From a virus, in IMG/VR virus record IMGVR_UViG_3300017593_000751, positions 9,278 through 73,277 of that record: a stretch of 64,000 nucleotides of DNA; one strand, given 5' to 3'. The notes under the pieces are model-generated. The model ran no database searches and was not told the DNA's origin. It saw only the letters and a list, made by a program, of their open reading frames with translations. Position 1 is the first letter of the stretch. The number at the start of each line of letters is the position of its first letter. Both the position numbers and the translations under genes were made by a program. Below, in pieces: positions 27,831-36,651 of this stretch.

Positions 27831-28289
27831 ATGACAAGAGTATCAGACTTCTTTAGATGGTGGCAGGCGCTTGACCAATGCCTGCCCGACGGTTGGTGTC
27901 TGAGGGCGGGCATCAATGGGGACGACGGCCATTGGTTTTACACATGCTGCGCCAAGCCGCAATTGACTCGCCCTATCGCAACATGCGCTGGCAGCCCTGT
28001 TGAAGCGGCCAATAAGGCCGTCTGGGCGTCTCAACAGGAAGAAACTTGGTGGGAGGCACTCAGCCGCCTTTTCCCTGACGGATGGTGTATTTCAAGGTAC
28101 ATCACTTCACAAAACGACGTACTCTACGGATTCGCTGATTTCCGCTATTACCCGGCGCAGACCACCAGTGGCCGCACGCCCGCTGAGGCCATAATTGGCG
28201 CGATTGACGCGCGAATTGATGAGCTGAAACAAGAGAAGGAATGCCGGGAGGCCCGAGAGATTGCCAGGAAAATAGCTAGGTGGCTGTAA
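27831..28289 (+). CDS. Hypothetical protein with internal duplication
   Basis: Two WWxAL..PDGWC...PxEA modules. Confidence 0.7.
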   Translation: MTRVSDFFRWWQALDQCLPDGWCLRAGINGDDGHWFYTCCAKPQLTRPIATCAGSPVEAANKAVWASQQEETWWEALSRLFPDGWCISRYITSQNDVLYGFADFRYYPAQTTSGRTPAEAIIGAIDARIDELKQEKECREAREIARKIARWL

Positions 28290-28300
28290 CCAAAGGCAAC

Positions 28301-28372
28301 CCCGCCCGGACGTAAGGGAAGAGGCGGTTGCTAGCGCCGCGGGAGTCCCCGAGGGGTACGGGGACGGGCGGG
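28301..28372 (+). ncRNA. Candidate structured RNA, unit 4 (72 nt, tRNA-sized)
   Basis: CCCGCCCG/CGGGCGGG closing stem; TCCCC-GAGGGGTAC-GGGGA hairpin. Confidence 0.55.
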
Positions 28373-28449
28373 AATGGGCTGAATGGCCGGAGGTATAGAC
28401 GATGGCGAGAGGCAGCCCAATGCATCAATCTATTGAAAGGAGGACAGCA

Positions 28450-28665
28450 ATGCCTGATGTTCAAACGAACTTAGCCGTGGCCAAAGAGGGCCTTTCGCAG
28501 GCGTTATACAAAACGCACAAAGCATCGGAATGGATGTCTGGAAGAGTGCGAAGCTATCGGGTCGCCCTTGACGCGGTGAGCGAGGCCTTCCGGGCAGCAG
28601 AAACAGCGATGATAGCTTTAGGCCAAGTTCGGAAAGTTTTGCAAACAGTGAGTAAGGATAAATAA
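28450..28665 (+). CDS. Hypothetical helical protein
   Basis: AGGAGG RBS. Confidence 0.6.
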   Translation: MPDVQTNLAVAKEGLSQALYKTHKASEWMSGRVRSYRVALDAVSEAFRAAETAMIALGQVRKVLQTVSKDK

Positions 28666-28970
28666 TGGCCAAAAGACCAAACACGCTGAATCTACTGGCC
28701 AAGCTAAGACGGGAGCACGAGTTTTGGGAGCTCTACCGCGTCTTTTCCCGTTACTTCTGCCGCATTTGGGAAAGTGGCCGCGTATTTAAAGGTCATGGCG
28801 ATTTGATGGGCGAGGCGATTCAGGAGGCGTTGGAAGGGGTGAAATCCTGGCGGGGGTGCGCAGAACAATCAGGGAACTCGCGGCGCAAAACGGCGAAAAC
28901 AGCTCGCCGAGCGGACCAACGGCGGTATGAGAAAACAAGGAAGGGGACGAAAACAAAGACGAAGGAGTAG
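28665..28970 (+). CDS. Small hypothetical protein (paralogous family)
   Basis: LLAKLRR..WEL..YFCRIW..MGEAI. Confidence 0.65.
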   Translation: MAKRPNTLNLLAKLRREHEFWELYRVFSRYFCRIWESGRVFKGHGDLMGEAIQEALEGVKSWRGCAEQSGNSRRKTAKTARRADQRRYEKTRKGTKTKTKE

Positions 28971-28973
28971 AAG

Positions 28974-29282
28974 ATGTCAGACAAAAACAAAGACCGCCAA
29001 ATGACGGGCGAAGAAATGCTACGAGCGGTTGGTTGGGTCAAGCAATCGCAGGTAACTGAAAATCTGCATTGCGGTCAGCTTGCTTGCGAGTTTTGCCAAG
29101 GGCGAGGCTATGTGTACTCTATGCCGGATTCCGCCTACGAAGTCTTGGCAAAGGTGGCGGAGAGGTCTTGGGGCGACGCGGAGGTTTTATTGAACCGCCA
29201 GCGCTCCACTTCCGTTCTTGTTTGTCCTCGTTGTTTAGGCAAAGGGTGGACCAAGGCGGCGAAAATAGAGGAAAAGACATGA
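28974..29282 (+). CDS. DnaJ-type zinc-finger protein
   Basis: CEFCQGRG and CPRCLGKG. Confidence 0.65.
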   Translation: MSDKNKDRQMTGEEMLRAVGWVKQSQVTENLHCGQLACEFCQGRGYVYSMPDSAYEVLAKVAERSWGDAEVLLNRQRSTSVLVCPRCLGKGWTKAAKIEEKT

Positions 29283-29599
29283 AACCAATCCGCCAATGGT
29301 GCCAGGAAATCACGCGGTGGCGGGAACGGAAAGGTTTCCGAACCCCGCAATCGCTGGCCCCCGGCGAACGCGAGTTGATGCTGGGCAAGCTGATGCTGGT
29401 AGTTTCAGAACTGGCCGAGGCCGCCGAAGCCGTGCGGGACGGCGACCGCGCCAATTTCGCGGAGGAATTGGCGGATACGGCCATTAGGCTCTTTGATATT
29501 TGCGGGGCCTGCGAGATAGATTTGGAAACGGAGATTAAGGCCAAGATGAAGAAGAACGAATCCCGCCCGACAAGGCATGGGCGGGGGAGTGCTTTGTGA
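29279..29599 (+). CDS. MazG-like NTP pyrophosphohydrolase
   Basis: SELAEAAEA and EELAD..IR motifs. Confidence 0.85.
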   Translation: MKPIRQWCQEITRWRERKGFRTPQSLAPGERELMLGKLMLVVSELAEAAEAVRDGDRANFAEELADTAIRLFDICGACEIDLETEIKAKMKKNESRPTRHGRGSAL

Positions 29600-30702
29600 T
29601 GCTTGAAAGCCTATACATCCGAAACTTCCAATCCCACGCTGATACTCTTGTTGAGTTCTCGCCCGGAGTAACGGTTATCGTAGGTTCTTCCAACGCGGGC
29701 AAGACCGCCATACTCCGCGCCCTGCGGTGGCTGGCGACCAATCGCCCCACCGGTCCCGGTATCGTTCGTAAAGGCAACGATGATAATTGCCGCGTCGTTC
29801 TTCGGTTGGATGACGGCACGAAGATAGAACGCGCCCGCACGACGAAGAGTGCTGGCCATTATTCCTTGGTGCTCCCCGGCCGGAAGATGGTTCAATTTGA
29901 GGCCATGAAAGGGGCGGTTCCGGAGGCTGTGACTGATTCGCTGAACCTGGGCGAGTTGAACGTCCAGGCCCAAACCGCCGGGTTGTTCCTGGTATTGGAC
30001 AGCCCCGGCAAGATAGCCCGGGCATTGAACGATGCCGTGCATTTGGACGAGGCGGAGGCCGCCGCTTCGGCCGCTCAGGCCAGGGTTCGGCGATTGTCCG
30101 CCGAGAAGGCGGCGGAGCAAGGCCGGGCTGCGGAGCTGGACCGCGAGTTGGCCGTCTTCGCCAAGCTGCCTGATTATGAAGTTGGTGTGCGAAAGGCCGA
30201 AGAGCTAACTTCCCGCCTCCAAGAGCTAAAAACGAAGCTGGAAGGGCTGCGGGGATTGCTTCAAGACATCCGCGAGGTTTCCGAGGCCATTGAAAGAACG
30301 GCTCCGCCGAAAGAGCTGAGGCCCGCCGTGGCCAAGGCGGAGAAAGTAGCCGAAGCGCTTTTAGATAAGCTGGACCAATGGGGGGCGTTGGACGAGCTGA
30401 CGGTAGAGATAAAGAGAGTTTGGATAGAATTGACAAGAGCAACCCCGCCGAAAGGATTGGCGGAGGCTATTGATTCCGCGACCAAGCTGGACCGGGCCTT
30501 GTCCCGCCTGGACCGTGAAGCTCAAAGCATAAACAGCTTGCTGGACCAGCTGGCGAGAACGGAAGAAGTCCTGGATGACGCCAAGGACGCGGCGGAAAGC
30601 GCTCGTGATGAATATAATAAAGTGCGGGCGGAACTGACTCATTGCCCGACTTGTGGGCAAGAGCTGGACGCTGCGGCAAAGGAAAGGATGCTGGCGAAAT
30701 GA
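29596..30702 (+). CDS. sbcC: SbcC/Rad50 N-terminal half (Walker A, coiled coil, zinc hook)
   Basis: NFQSH, GSSNAGKT, Q-loop, terminal CPTCGQ. Confidence 0.9.
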   Translation: MMLESLYIRNFQSHADTLVEFSPGVTVIVGSSNAGKTAILRALRWLATNRPTGPGIVRKGNDDNCRVVLRLDDGTKIERARTTKSAGHYSLVLPGRKMVQFEAMKGAVPEAVTDSLNLGELNVQAQTAGLFLVLDSPGKIARALNDAVHLDEAEAAASAAQARVRRLSAEKAAEQGRAAELDRELAVFAKLPDYEVGVRKAEELTSRLQELKTKLEGLRGLLQDIREVSEAIERTAPPKELRPAVAKAEKVAEALLDKLDQWGALDELTVEIKRVWIELTRATPPKGLAEAIDSATKLDRALSRLDREAQSINSLLDQLARTEEVLDDAKDAAESARDEYNKVRAELTHCPTCGQELDAAAKERMLAK

Positions 30703-31697
30703 AGCTGCTTATCACAGGGGATTGGCACTTGAGAGCCTCTCGCCCGGAGAGGCGGACGGAAGAGGACTTCGCCGCCGTGTGCTTGGGCAAGGTGAATCAG
30801 GTCTTGGATATAGCGGAGAGGGAAGAGTGCAGATTGATAATTCAACCCGGCGACTTCTTCCACACGCCCAGACCAAGCGGAGAATTGGTGGTCGGGTTGA
30901 TGGTATTGTTGAAACAACATGATTTTCTCAGGCGGGCCGACCTATTGACAATACATGGCCAGCACGACTTGGCCTATCATTCAAAGGCCGCTCGTGAGAG
31001 TAGTATGTTGCGGATATTGGACGTCGGGGGGCTTTTGTGGCTTCTTGATTACCGGGAAGTGGACGAAAAGAAGGGCAATAATAATCTGATTGAAGATTTC
31101 ACAGTGAGCACCGTAACGACGGAAGTATGCATCCGCGGCGCGGGTTGGGGGCAAGAACCCCCACCTCCGCCAGAAGAACATTACGATTGCAAGGTTCTAG
31201 TAGCCCACGCAATGGTGGGCGACAAGAAGCTTTGGCCTAGCCAGGAATTGACCGGCCCCGCTGATTGGGTTCGGAAGCATCCCGGCTATGACCTTTATGT
31301 GTTGGGCGACTATCACTACCCTTTCATGGAGAAGGTAGGCGACGCGCTCGTAGTCAATGCTGGCGTCCTGATTCGTCAACAATACTCGGAGCGCGAATTG
31401 AATCACCGCCCTCAGGTGGTGGCGTACGATACGGAGACTCGAAAGACCAAGACGATATATCTGGACGTGGCCCCTGCGGAGAAGGCTTTCTCTCCGCCTT
31501 CGGCCAGGTCGGAAAAGGCCGAACAGTTCGAAGAGTTCACGCGACGTTTGCAAGAACAGGGCAAGGTCGGCGTGGACTTCGAGAGCAACCTGCAAGCCTT
31601 CTTGGAGGCGTACGAAACCCCGCCAAAGGTCCGCGAGGCCGTCTGGCAGGCCGTGAAAGAGGCGAAAGAAACGAAGGAGACTAGACGTGGCGGATAG
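30699..31697 (+). CDS. sbcD: SbcD/Mre11 metallophosphoesterase nuclease
   Basis: GDWH, GDFFH, GQHD, AH, GDYH motifs. Confidence 0.9.
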   Translation: MKLLITGDWHLRASRPERRTEEDFAAVCLGKVNQVLDIAEREECRLIIQPGDFFHTPRPSGELVVGLMVLLKQHDFLRRADLLTIHGQHDLAYHSKAARESSMLRILDVGGLLWLLDYREVDEKKGNNNLIEDFTVSTVTTEVCIRGAGWGQEPPPPPEEHYDCKVLVAHAMVGDKKLWPSQELTGPADWVRKHPGYDLYVLGDYHYPFMEKVGDALVVNAGVLIRQQYSERELNHRPQVVAYDTETRKTKTIYLDVAPAEKAFSPPSARSEKAEQFEEFTRRLQEQGKVGVDFESNLQAFLEAYETPPKVREAVWQAVKEAKETKETRRGG

Positions 31698-31974
31698 TGA
31701 GCAAAACGAGCTTAGAAAAGACCTAGCACGGGTCAAAGAGGCCAAGGCCAAGTTAGAAGAAGCTGAGCGGCGGGTGGAGCAATTGAAGGGCAAGCGGGCC
31801 GCATTGTTGGACCGTCTGAAGAATGAGTTCGGCTTCTCCAATCCGGCCGAGGCGGAGGGCCGCGTAGAAGAGATGGAAGCAGAGATTATGGACTTGGAAG
31901 GACAGCTGAAGGACGAATTGGAACGGATAGACGACCTGTTGAAAGAGATGGAGGAACAAATCGATGAGGCTTAG
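31687..31974 (+). CDS. Coiled-coil protein
   Basis: Heptad pattern; lies between the SbcC halves. Confidence 0.7.
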   Translation: MADSEQNELRKDLARVKEAKAKLEEAERRVEQLKGKRAALLDRLKNEFGFSNPAEAEGRVEEMEAEIMDLEGQLKDELERIDDLLKEMEEQIDEA

Positions 31975-32176
31975 ATGTCCGAAGTGCGGTGAAACTAATA
32001 TAGATGCTACTTTTACTTGGGGCGGGGAGTACGAATGCCCCAAATGTGGGGAGGAATGGCAAATTGATTTGGTGGAGCTGGCCGCTCAGGCCACAAGGGC
32101 CTTGGTAAATATAGACCATTCCTTGGTTCAATTGAACCGGAACCTGCAAGCCTTGTTGCGAAAAATTGACCACTGA
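31964..32176 (+). CDS. Zinc-ribbon protein
   Basis: CPKCG twice. Confidence 0.65.
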   Translation: MRLRCPKCGETNIDATFTWGGEYECPKCGEEWQIDLVELAAQATRALVNIDHSLVQLNRNLQALLRKIDH

Positions 32177-32805
32177 TGTCTGTTGAGCTAATATCTCGCG
32201 TGGAGGCCCACAAGACCAGATTGGCCGAGATGAAGGCCGTTTACGGTCGATTGAAGGCCATGCGGGGCGAGGCTGTCAAACGGGCTTCGGACTTGGCCCG
32301 TCAGGAGAAAGACGCTGAGGCCGCCCATTCCATCATCGTTGAGGTTTTGAGGGCCACTCAAGAAGAAACGGTAGGCTTGGTCAATGAGCTGGTCTCTTTG
32401 GCCTTGGCCGCCGTCTATGGGCCGGAATACTCTTTTGAGCTGGAGTTCTCCATCCGCCGCAACCAAAGCGAGGCCACTCCTTGGGTACTTCGGAACGGCG
32501 AAAGGTTCAGTCCGCGAGAAGAGGTCGGAGGCGGCATATTGGATATATGCTCTCTGGCCTTGAGGCTGGCCTTGTGGAGCCTGAAGGTTCCGCGGACCGC
32601 CCCTGTGTTCATTCTGGACGAACCGGCCAAGTGGCTTTCGGCGGACAAGCAGGCAGCCTTCGGCAGGCTGCTGAAAGAAGTAAGTGAAAAGCTGGGGGTG
32701 CAAATCATCGTGGTTTCGCACTCTCGCGGTATAATAGAGTGTGGCGACAAGACGTATGAGGTCAGGATAGAAAAGGGAATCAGTCAAGTGGAGTTGGTCA
32801 AGTGA
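32176..32805 (+). CDS. sbcC: SbcC/Rad50 C-terminal half (signature, Walker B, H-loop)
   Basis: VGGG, LALRLAL, ILDEP, IIVVSH. Confidence 0.88.
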   Translation: MSVELISRVEAHKTRLAEMKAVYGRLKAMRGEAVKRASDLARQEKDAEAAHSIIVEVLRATQEETVGLVNELVSLALAAVYGPEYSFELEFSIRRNQSEATPWVLRNGERFSPREEVGGGILDICSLALRLALWSLKVPRTAPVFILDEPAKWLSADKQAAFGRLLKEVSEKLGVQIIVVSHSRGIIECGDKTYEVRIEKGISQVELVK

Positions 32806-32822
32806 GCACAGGAGAAGGAAAC

Positions 32823-33170
32823 ATGAAGAAGGTCCAGATTTTAGCTGTTCTTTTGGTTCTGTTGCCAGTGTTGGCCGGTGGATGTGCTCAACCCCCTCCG
32901 GCGGTCAAGGCTGCCCTTTACACGGCCCAGCTGTCTCTGGAGGCCACGGCCCAGGAGGCCGCAGCCGGCGAGAAGGGCATTTGGAAGGTGCCCGACGACG
33001 CGACGGTCGAGGAAAAGCTGGCCATTCGAGAGCGGCAGGTGGTCGAATGTGTCAAGACGATGGAGCAGGCCAGCAAGAACCTCAAGGTTGTGGTCTCTTG
33101 GTTCCGACAAGACCACTCGGGCCTTTCCACAAACGACAGCTCTTTCAATTCTTCTGGCGGAGGGAGGTAA
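32823..33170 (+). CDS. Lipoprotein
   Basis: MKK, hydrophobic core, LAGGC lipobox. Confidence 0.65.
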   Translation: MKKVQILAVLLVLLPVLAGGCAQPPPAVKAALYTAQLSLEATAQEAAAGEKGIWKVPDDATVEEKLAIRERQVVECVKTMEQASKNLKVVVSWFRQDHSGLSTNDSSFNSSGGGR

Positions 33171-33177
33171 GGCGGCG

Positions 33178-33228
33178 GGCCGGCGGCGGGGCGGTCTTTG
33201 CTCCTTTCTCCCGCCCCGCCTGCCGGCC
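33178..33228 (+). promoter_or_regulatory. GC-rich hairpin with anti-SD loop
   Basis: GGCGGGGCGG/CCGCCCCGCC stem; loop TCTTTGCTCCTTTCTC. Confidence 0.55.
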
Positions 33229-33266
33229 GGTTTGTCTTGGGAAAATGAAAACCAAAGGAGATAGAC

Positions 33267-33650
33267 ATGGGCAAGAATAAGCTATCTTTGGAAGAAGTAG
33301 AGGAAAAGCTGTCCGAGACCGTGACTCAATTGGTGGAGGACCATCTGGGCGAGGAAATGGCGGGCGTGCTTCAGCCTCTTATCCCGGCCGCTGTCCGGCT
33401 GGCTGCGGAAAAGGGAGTCGAGGCCGCCGTTGATGCTTTGCAAAATCTGGCCAGGGAAGACCCGTACTTGAGTTTCAGCGTACTGATTCAAGCGGCCACG
33501 CCGGAGCAGAGGCGGACGATTATGGAGCAGGCCCGCGTGGCCGCCGTACAGGCTGTGGCCAGGCGATTGGGCTCGGAGGACCGGTTGTGGGAAGTTTTGG
33601 CAATAGCTTTAAAAGTGGCTGCTTCGCTGCTGGCCTTGTTGTTGGTCTAG
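33267..33650 (+). CDS. Protein with C-terminal membrane anchor
   Basis: AAAGGAG RBS; hydrophobic C-terminus. Confidence 0.65.
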   Translation: MGKNKLSLEEVEEKLSETVTQLVEDHLGEEMAGVLQPLIPAAVRLAAEKGVEAAVDALQNLAREDPYLSFSVLIQAATPEQRRTIMEQARVAAVQAVARRLGSEDRLWEVLAIALKVAASLLALLLV

Positions 33651-34129
33651 TAGCTCTACTCGTTTTGGTAGGCTGTCGGCCCCAAACGGACGTAAAGGCA
33701 GATACGCACGTGGACGTGCAGCCTCCGCGTGTGGAGGTCAAGCCGGGCGCAATCACCGCCACCATGCCCGTGGAAGCTACGGCGTTCAAGCGGAACGAAT
33801 CTTTGAACCAGGACCAGACCACCGGGGGCTGGGGCATAAACATCGGCAAGGTGGAGATAGACGGGCTGTCCCTGGCCCTGGTACTCCTATTGGCCGGTAT
33901 TTGCCTTCTCTTGTATGGCAGGCACAGAAAGGCGATGACCACGGTGGACATGTTCGTAAAGGCCGTTGAAGAGACCGTTGAAGAAAACGAAGAAAGCTCG
34001 CGGCTCCCGGAAAAGCTTCGCCTCATGGCCCTGAGCCGGGGCGTGGAAGGCTTCTTGCGTTCCCGCATCCGCAAGGTCCGCAAGGTCCGTAAGGCTGATA
34101 AGACTGACAAGAGAAAGGAAAGCAAATGA
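33587..34129 (+). CDS. Lipoprotein/membrane protein
   Basis: LVGC lipobox-like site plus a second TM helix. Confidence 0.55.
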   Translation: MGSFGNSFKSGCFAAGLVVGLVALLVLVGCRPQTDVKADTHVDVQPPRVEVKPGAITATMPVEATAFKRNESLNQDQTTGGWGINIGKVEIDGLSLALVLLLAGICLLLYGRHRKAMTTVDMFVKAVEETVEENEESSRLPEKLRLMALSRGVEGFLRSRIRKVRKVRKADKTDKRKESK

Positions 34130-35013
34130 AGGTTCTAGTAGCCGGACCATACGTGGGCGAATTGGGCTGGGAGCTGTTCAGCTGGCAGCCGATGGTCCGC
34201 CGCGTTTGGCTGGACAATAAGCCGGACAAAACCATCGTGTACACGCGCCCGGGCCGGCGGTTGTTCTATCGCTTCGCTGACGAAGTGCGAGACCAAAAGC
34301 TGCCCGACCACGAAGCTGAATGCCTAGCTTGGCACGACTTGGACAAGTATATGGATGAGTTTACCGGGGCTATCAGGGCCGTCCAGGAGCAGGCCAAACA
34401 GGAGTTCAAGGGCCACAACATAGTGTTCTTCGGCTATCCTGCCTTGAAACAGTTGAACCGGCCCTACTACGCCCAAGGCGCGCCGGACTTGCTGTACGGT
34501 GAGCAGAAGCGGGCGGAGGAATTGCTGGCCGAACATAATAACGTGGTGGTCCTGTGTGTGCGGGATAGGGCCATGAGTGATTATCGCAACTGGCCTTACG
34601 AAGAGTGGGCGGCACTGGGGCGGTATTTAGCCGCTGGCGGTTGGTCGGTGGTGTATCTGGGGCGAATCCGCGACATGGTGAGGTGGAATGTGTTGATGAG
34701 CGGGGTCTTGACTTCGCCCCAACGCGAGGGAGTGGTCATAGACCTGACCAACCGAACCTCTTTAGACGATTGCTTGTCTGTGATGAGCAGGGCCAGGCTC
34801 GCGGTAGGCGGTTCTTCCGGCCTGCTTCACTTGGCCAGTCGATGCGGGCTGGACCATCTGGTTTGGGGTGCCCCTTCCGCCCGTTCTCGATACGCTGAAA
34901 CCAACTGGTTCGGTGCCCACTTCAAGTTCTTGTCTGTGGGTTGGCAACCTAAGTGGGAAGATATAGCTTCCGAAGCGGAGCATTATCTGGAAAAAGGAGC
35001 CTTCCGGCCATGA
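34126..35013 (+). CDS. GT-B glycosyltransferase (GT9/heptosyltransferase-like)
   Basis: RNWPYEEW, IDLTNRTSL, GGSSGLLHLA. Confidence 0.8.
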   Translation: MKVLVAGPYVGELGWELFSWQPMVRRVWLDNKPDKTIVYTRPGRRLFYRFADEVRDQKLPDHEAECLAWHDLDKYMDEFTGAIRAVQEQAKQEFKGHNIVFFGYPALKQLNRPYYAQGAPDLLYGEQKRAEELLAEHNNVVVLCVRDRAMSDYRNWPYEEWAALGRYLAAGGWSVVYLGRIRDMVRWNVLMSGVLTSPQREGVVIDLTNRTSLDDCLSVMSRARLAVGGSSGLLHLASRCGLDHLVWGAPSARSRYAETNWFGAHFKFLSVGWQPKWEDIASEAEHYLEKGAFRP

Positions 35014-35774
35014 AGAAGGCCAGGGTACTCATAACGTTTGATGATGGTTTGTATAGTCATAGATTGGCGGCGGAAGCCTTGGCGGAGCGTGGACTGAGAG
35101 GGGCGTTCGCCGTGATAACGTCCCGCATAGGTCGGCCCGGAGCGCTGACTGGCTTGGACGTTTTGAACATGGCCCATCAGGGGCATTTCATCTGCAATCA
35201 TTCCGCCCGCCACAAGTGGGCTGGCAGGGGAGAGCCTAAGCCGGGCCGAAAGGCTTATTCCAGGGCGGAAATAACCAAGGATTATCTGGAGGGATTGCGT
35301 TGGGGGCGGAAGCTGGCCGAATCCGATAGCGTGCCTGCCAATGTCCGCGATAATATCCGCATGGACTATCTGTGCGTTCCTTACGGTACGGCCAACGTGT
35401 TCGGGCCGGAGCATTTGCGGGAACTGCTGGGCCATTTCCGTTGGATACGCCTGACCGTGGGGGCACCGAACCCTGCTGACAAGGCTAGCTGGATAGCGGA
35501 GGGGGGCAAGCGCATCTATCCCGGCGACTATCGCGGGCCGGTCATCGGCATTTCCGCCGCCGCGGATGCTCGATATCCTGACCGCATCAGGGAGACCTTG
35601 GAAACGGCGATAAAGGTTGGGGGGTTGGCGGTGTTGTTATATCATGATGTAGCTCATATATTGGGCAGGGGACAAGACGTCACTTGGGAGCAATTTGAGT
35701 CCGACTTGGACTTTATGAAGGAACGAAAAGAGGCGGGACTGTTGGAAACCGTCTTGCCGCCCGATATACGATGA
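35010..35774 (+). CDS. Polysaccharide deacetylase (NodB/CE4)
   Basis: TFDDG, NHSARH, PYG, LLYHD. Confidence 0.85.
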   Translation: MKKARVLITFDDGLYSHRLAAEALAERGLRGAFAVITSRIGRPGALTGLDVLNMAHQGHFICNHSARHKWAGRGEPKPGRKAYSRAEITKDYLEGLRWGRKLAESDSVPANVRDNIRMDYLCVPYGTANVFGPEHLRELLGHFRWIRLTVGAPNPADKASWIAEGGKRIYPGDYRGPVIGISAAADARYPDRIRETLETAIKVGGLAVLLYHDVAHILGRGQDVTWEQFESDLDFMKERKEAGLLETVLPPDIR

Positions 35775-35866
35775 GTCATAGAACAGCACACAACAAGAGC
35801 CGTCGTAGGCGCAAGGTAGGCAGAAAGAAGCGCAGGGCCAGAAGGAAAGCGAAAGGGAAGCCATGA
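35771..35866 (+). CDS. 31-aa highly basic micro-ORF
   Basis: ATGA overlaps at both ends; MSHRTAHNKSRRRRKVGRKKRRARRKAKGKP. Confidence 0.55.
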   Translation: MSHRTAHNKSRRRRKVGRKKRRARRKAKGKP

Positions 35867-36642
35867 TATATGCTCTAGCTATTTCAACTCGCGGAGAGGA
35901 ACGAATCAACTTATTGAGGACTTGGCTGCCCTCTTTGCTTCGCCAAACGCTCAAGCCTGATTTGATTTTGCTGGTGAACAACAACGACGCCATATCGGAC
36001 ATGGACTTGTTGAACATGGTATCAAAGGACCATCGCCCGCGTCTGCCCATAGAGGTCAGGAGCAACGTGGACCGCACGCCCAGCGACGCCGCAGGTTCGC
36101 AGCTGGCCTTGGAGGTTCTTGGCGAAGCCTATCCCGTCATCGTCAAATGGGATGATGATTTGGTGCCTATGGTGGACGATTGCATGGAGAGGTTGGTTTC
36201 GTTGGTTTACGCGGGCTTCGCCGCAGCCGGGGGGATGTACTATCGGCTGCTGGACAAAGCCAGGTCGTTGATGGGGCCGAACGGTCCTGCCTCTGGCGAC
36301 AAGAACGATAATCATCTTCAGTTCTTCCGGTGGTCCGGTCATCATACGTTGATTCGCAGAAGGCACCTGTATTCGTCCTTCGCCTACGATGCTCGGCTCG
36401 CCCGCGAAATCGGCGGGTTCTGCGTAGAGTATTCACAGCTCAGCTATCGTCACGAAACGGACTTCACCCTTCGTTTGAATAAAGCTCGGCCCGGTTTGGT
36501 GGTGGATACCGCGGCGGAGGCTTTACACTTGGTGGCCCAAGGTGGGGTCCGCGAGTTCTCGCGGGCTTGTTACCAGGAAATGGCCAAAAAGGACCAGGCC
36601 CTCTTTCAAAAACGAATGAAGGCCGAAGGAATCAAGGTATAG
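35863..36642 (+). CDS. GT2-family glycosyltransferase
   Basis: LLRQT, WDDD (DxD), IGGF, ETDFTLR. Confidence 0.85.
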   Translation: MIYALAISTRGEERINLLRTWLPSLLRQTLKPDLILLVNNNDAISDMDLLNMVSKDHRPRLPIEVRSNVDRTPSDAAGSQLALEVLGEAYPVIVKWDDDLVPMVDDCMERLVSLVYAGFAAAGGMYYRLLDKARSLMGPNGPASGDKNDNHLQFFRWSGHHTLIRRRHLYSSFAYDARLAREIGGFCVEYSQLSYRHETDFTLRLNKARPGLVVDTAAEALHLVAQGGVREFSRACYQEMAKKDQALFQKRMKAEGIKV

Positions 36643-36651
36643 GAGACCACG

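Noticed and set aside
28301-28372. Canonical tRNA gene
   Set aside because: No TTCRA T-loop, no proper D-stem, no CCA
34069-34112. 9-bp repeats CGCAAGGTC
   Set aside because: Coding low-complexity RKV/DKT tail
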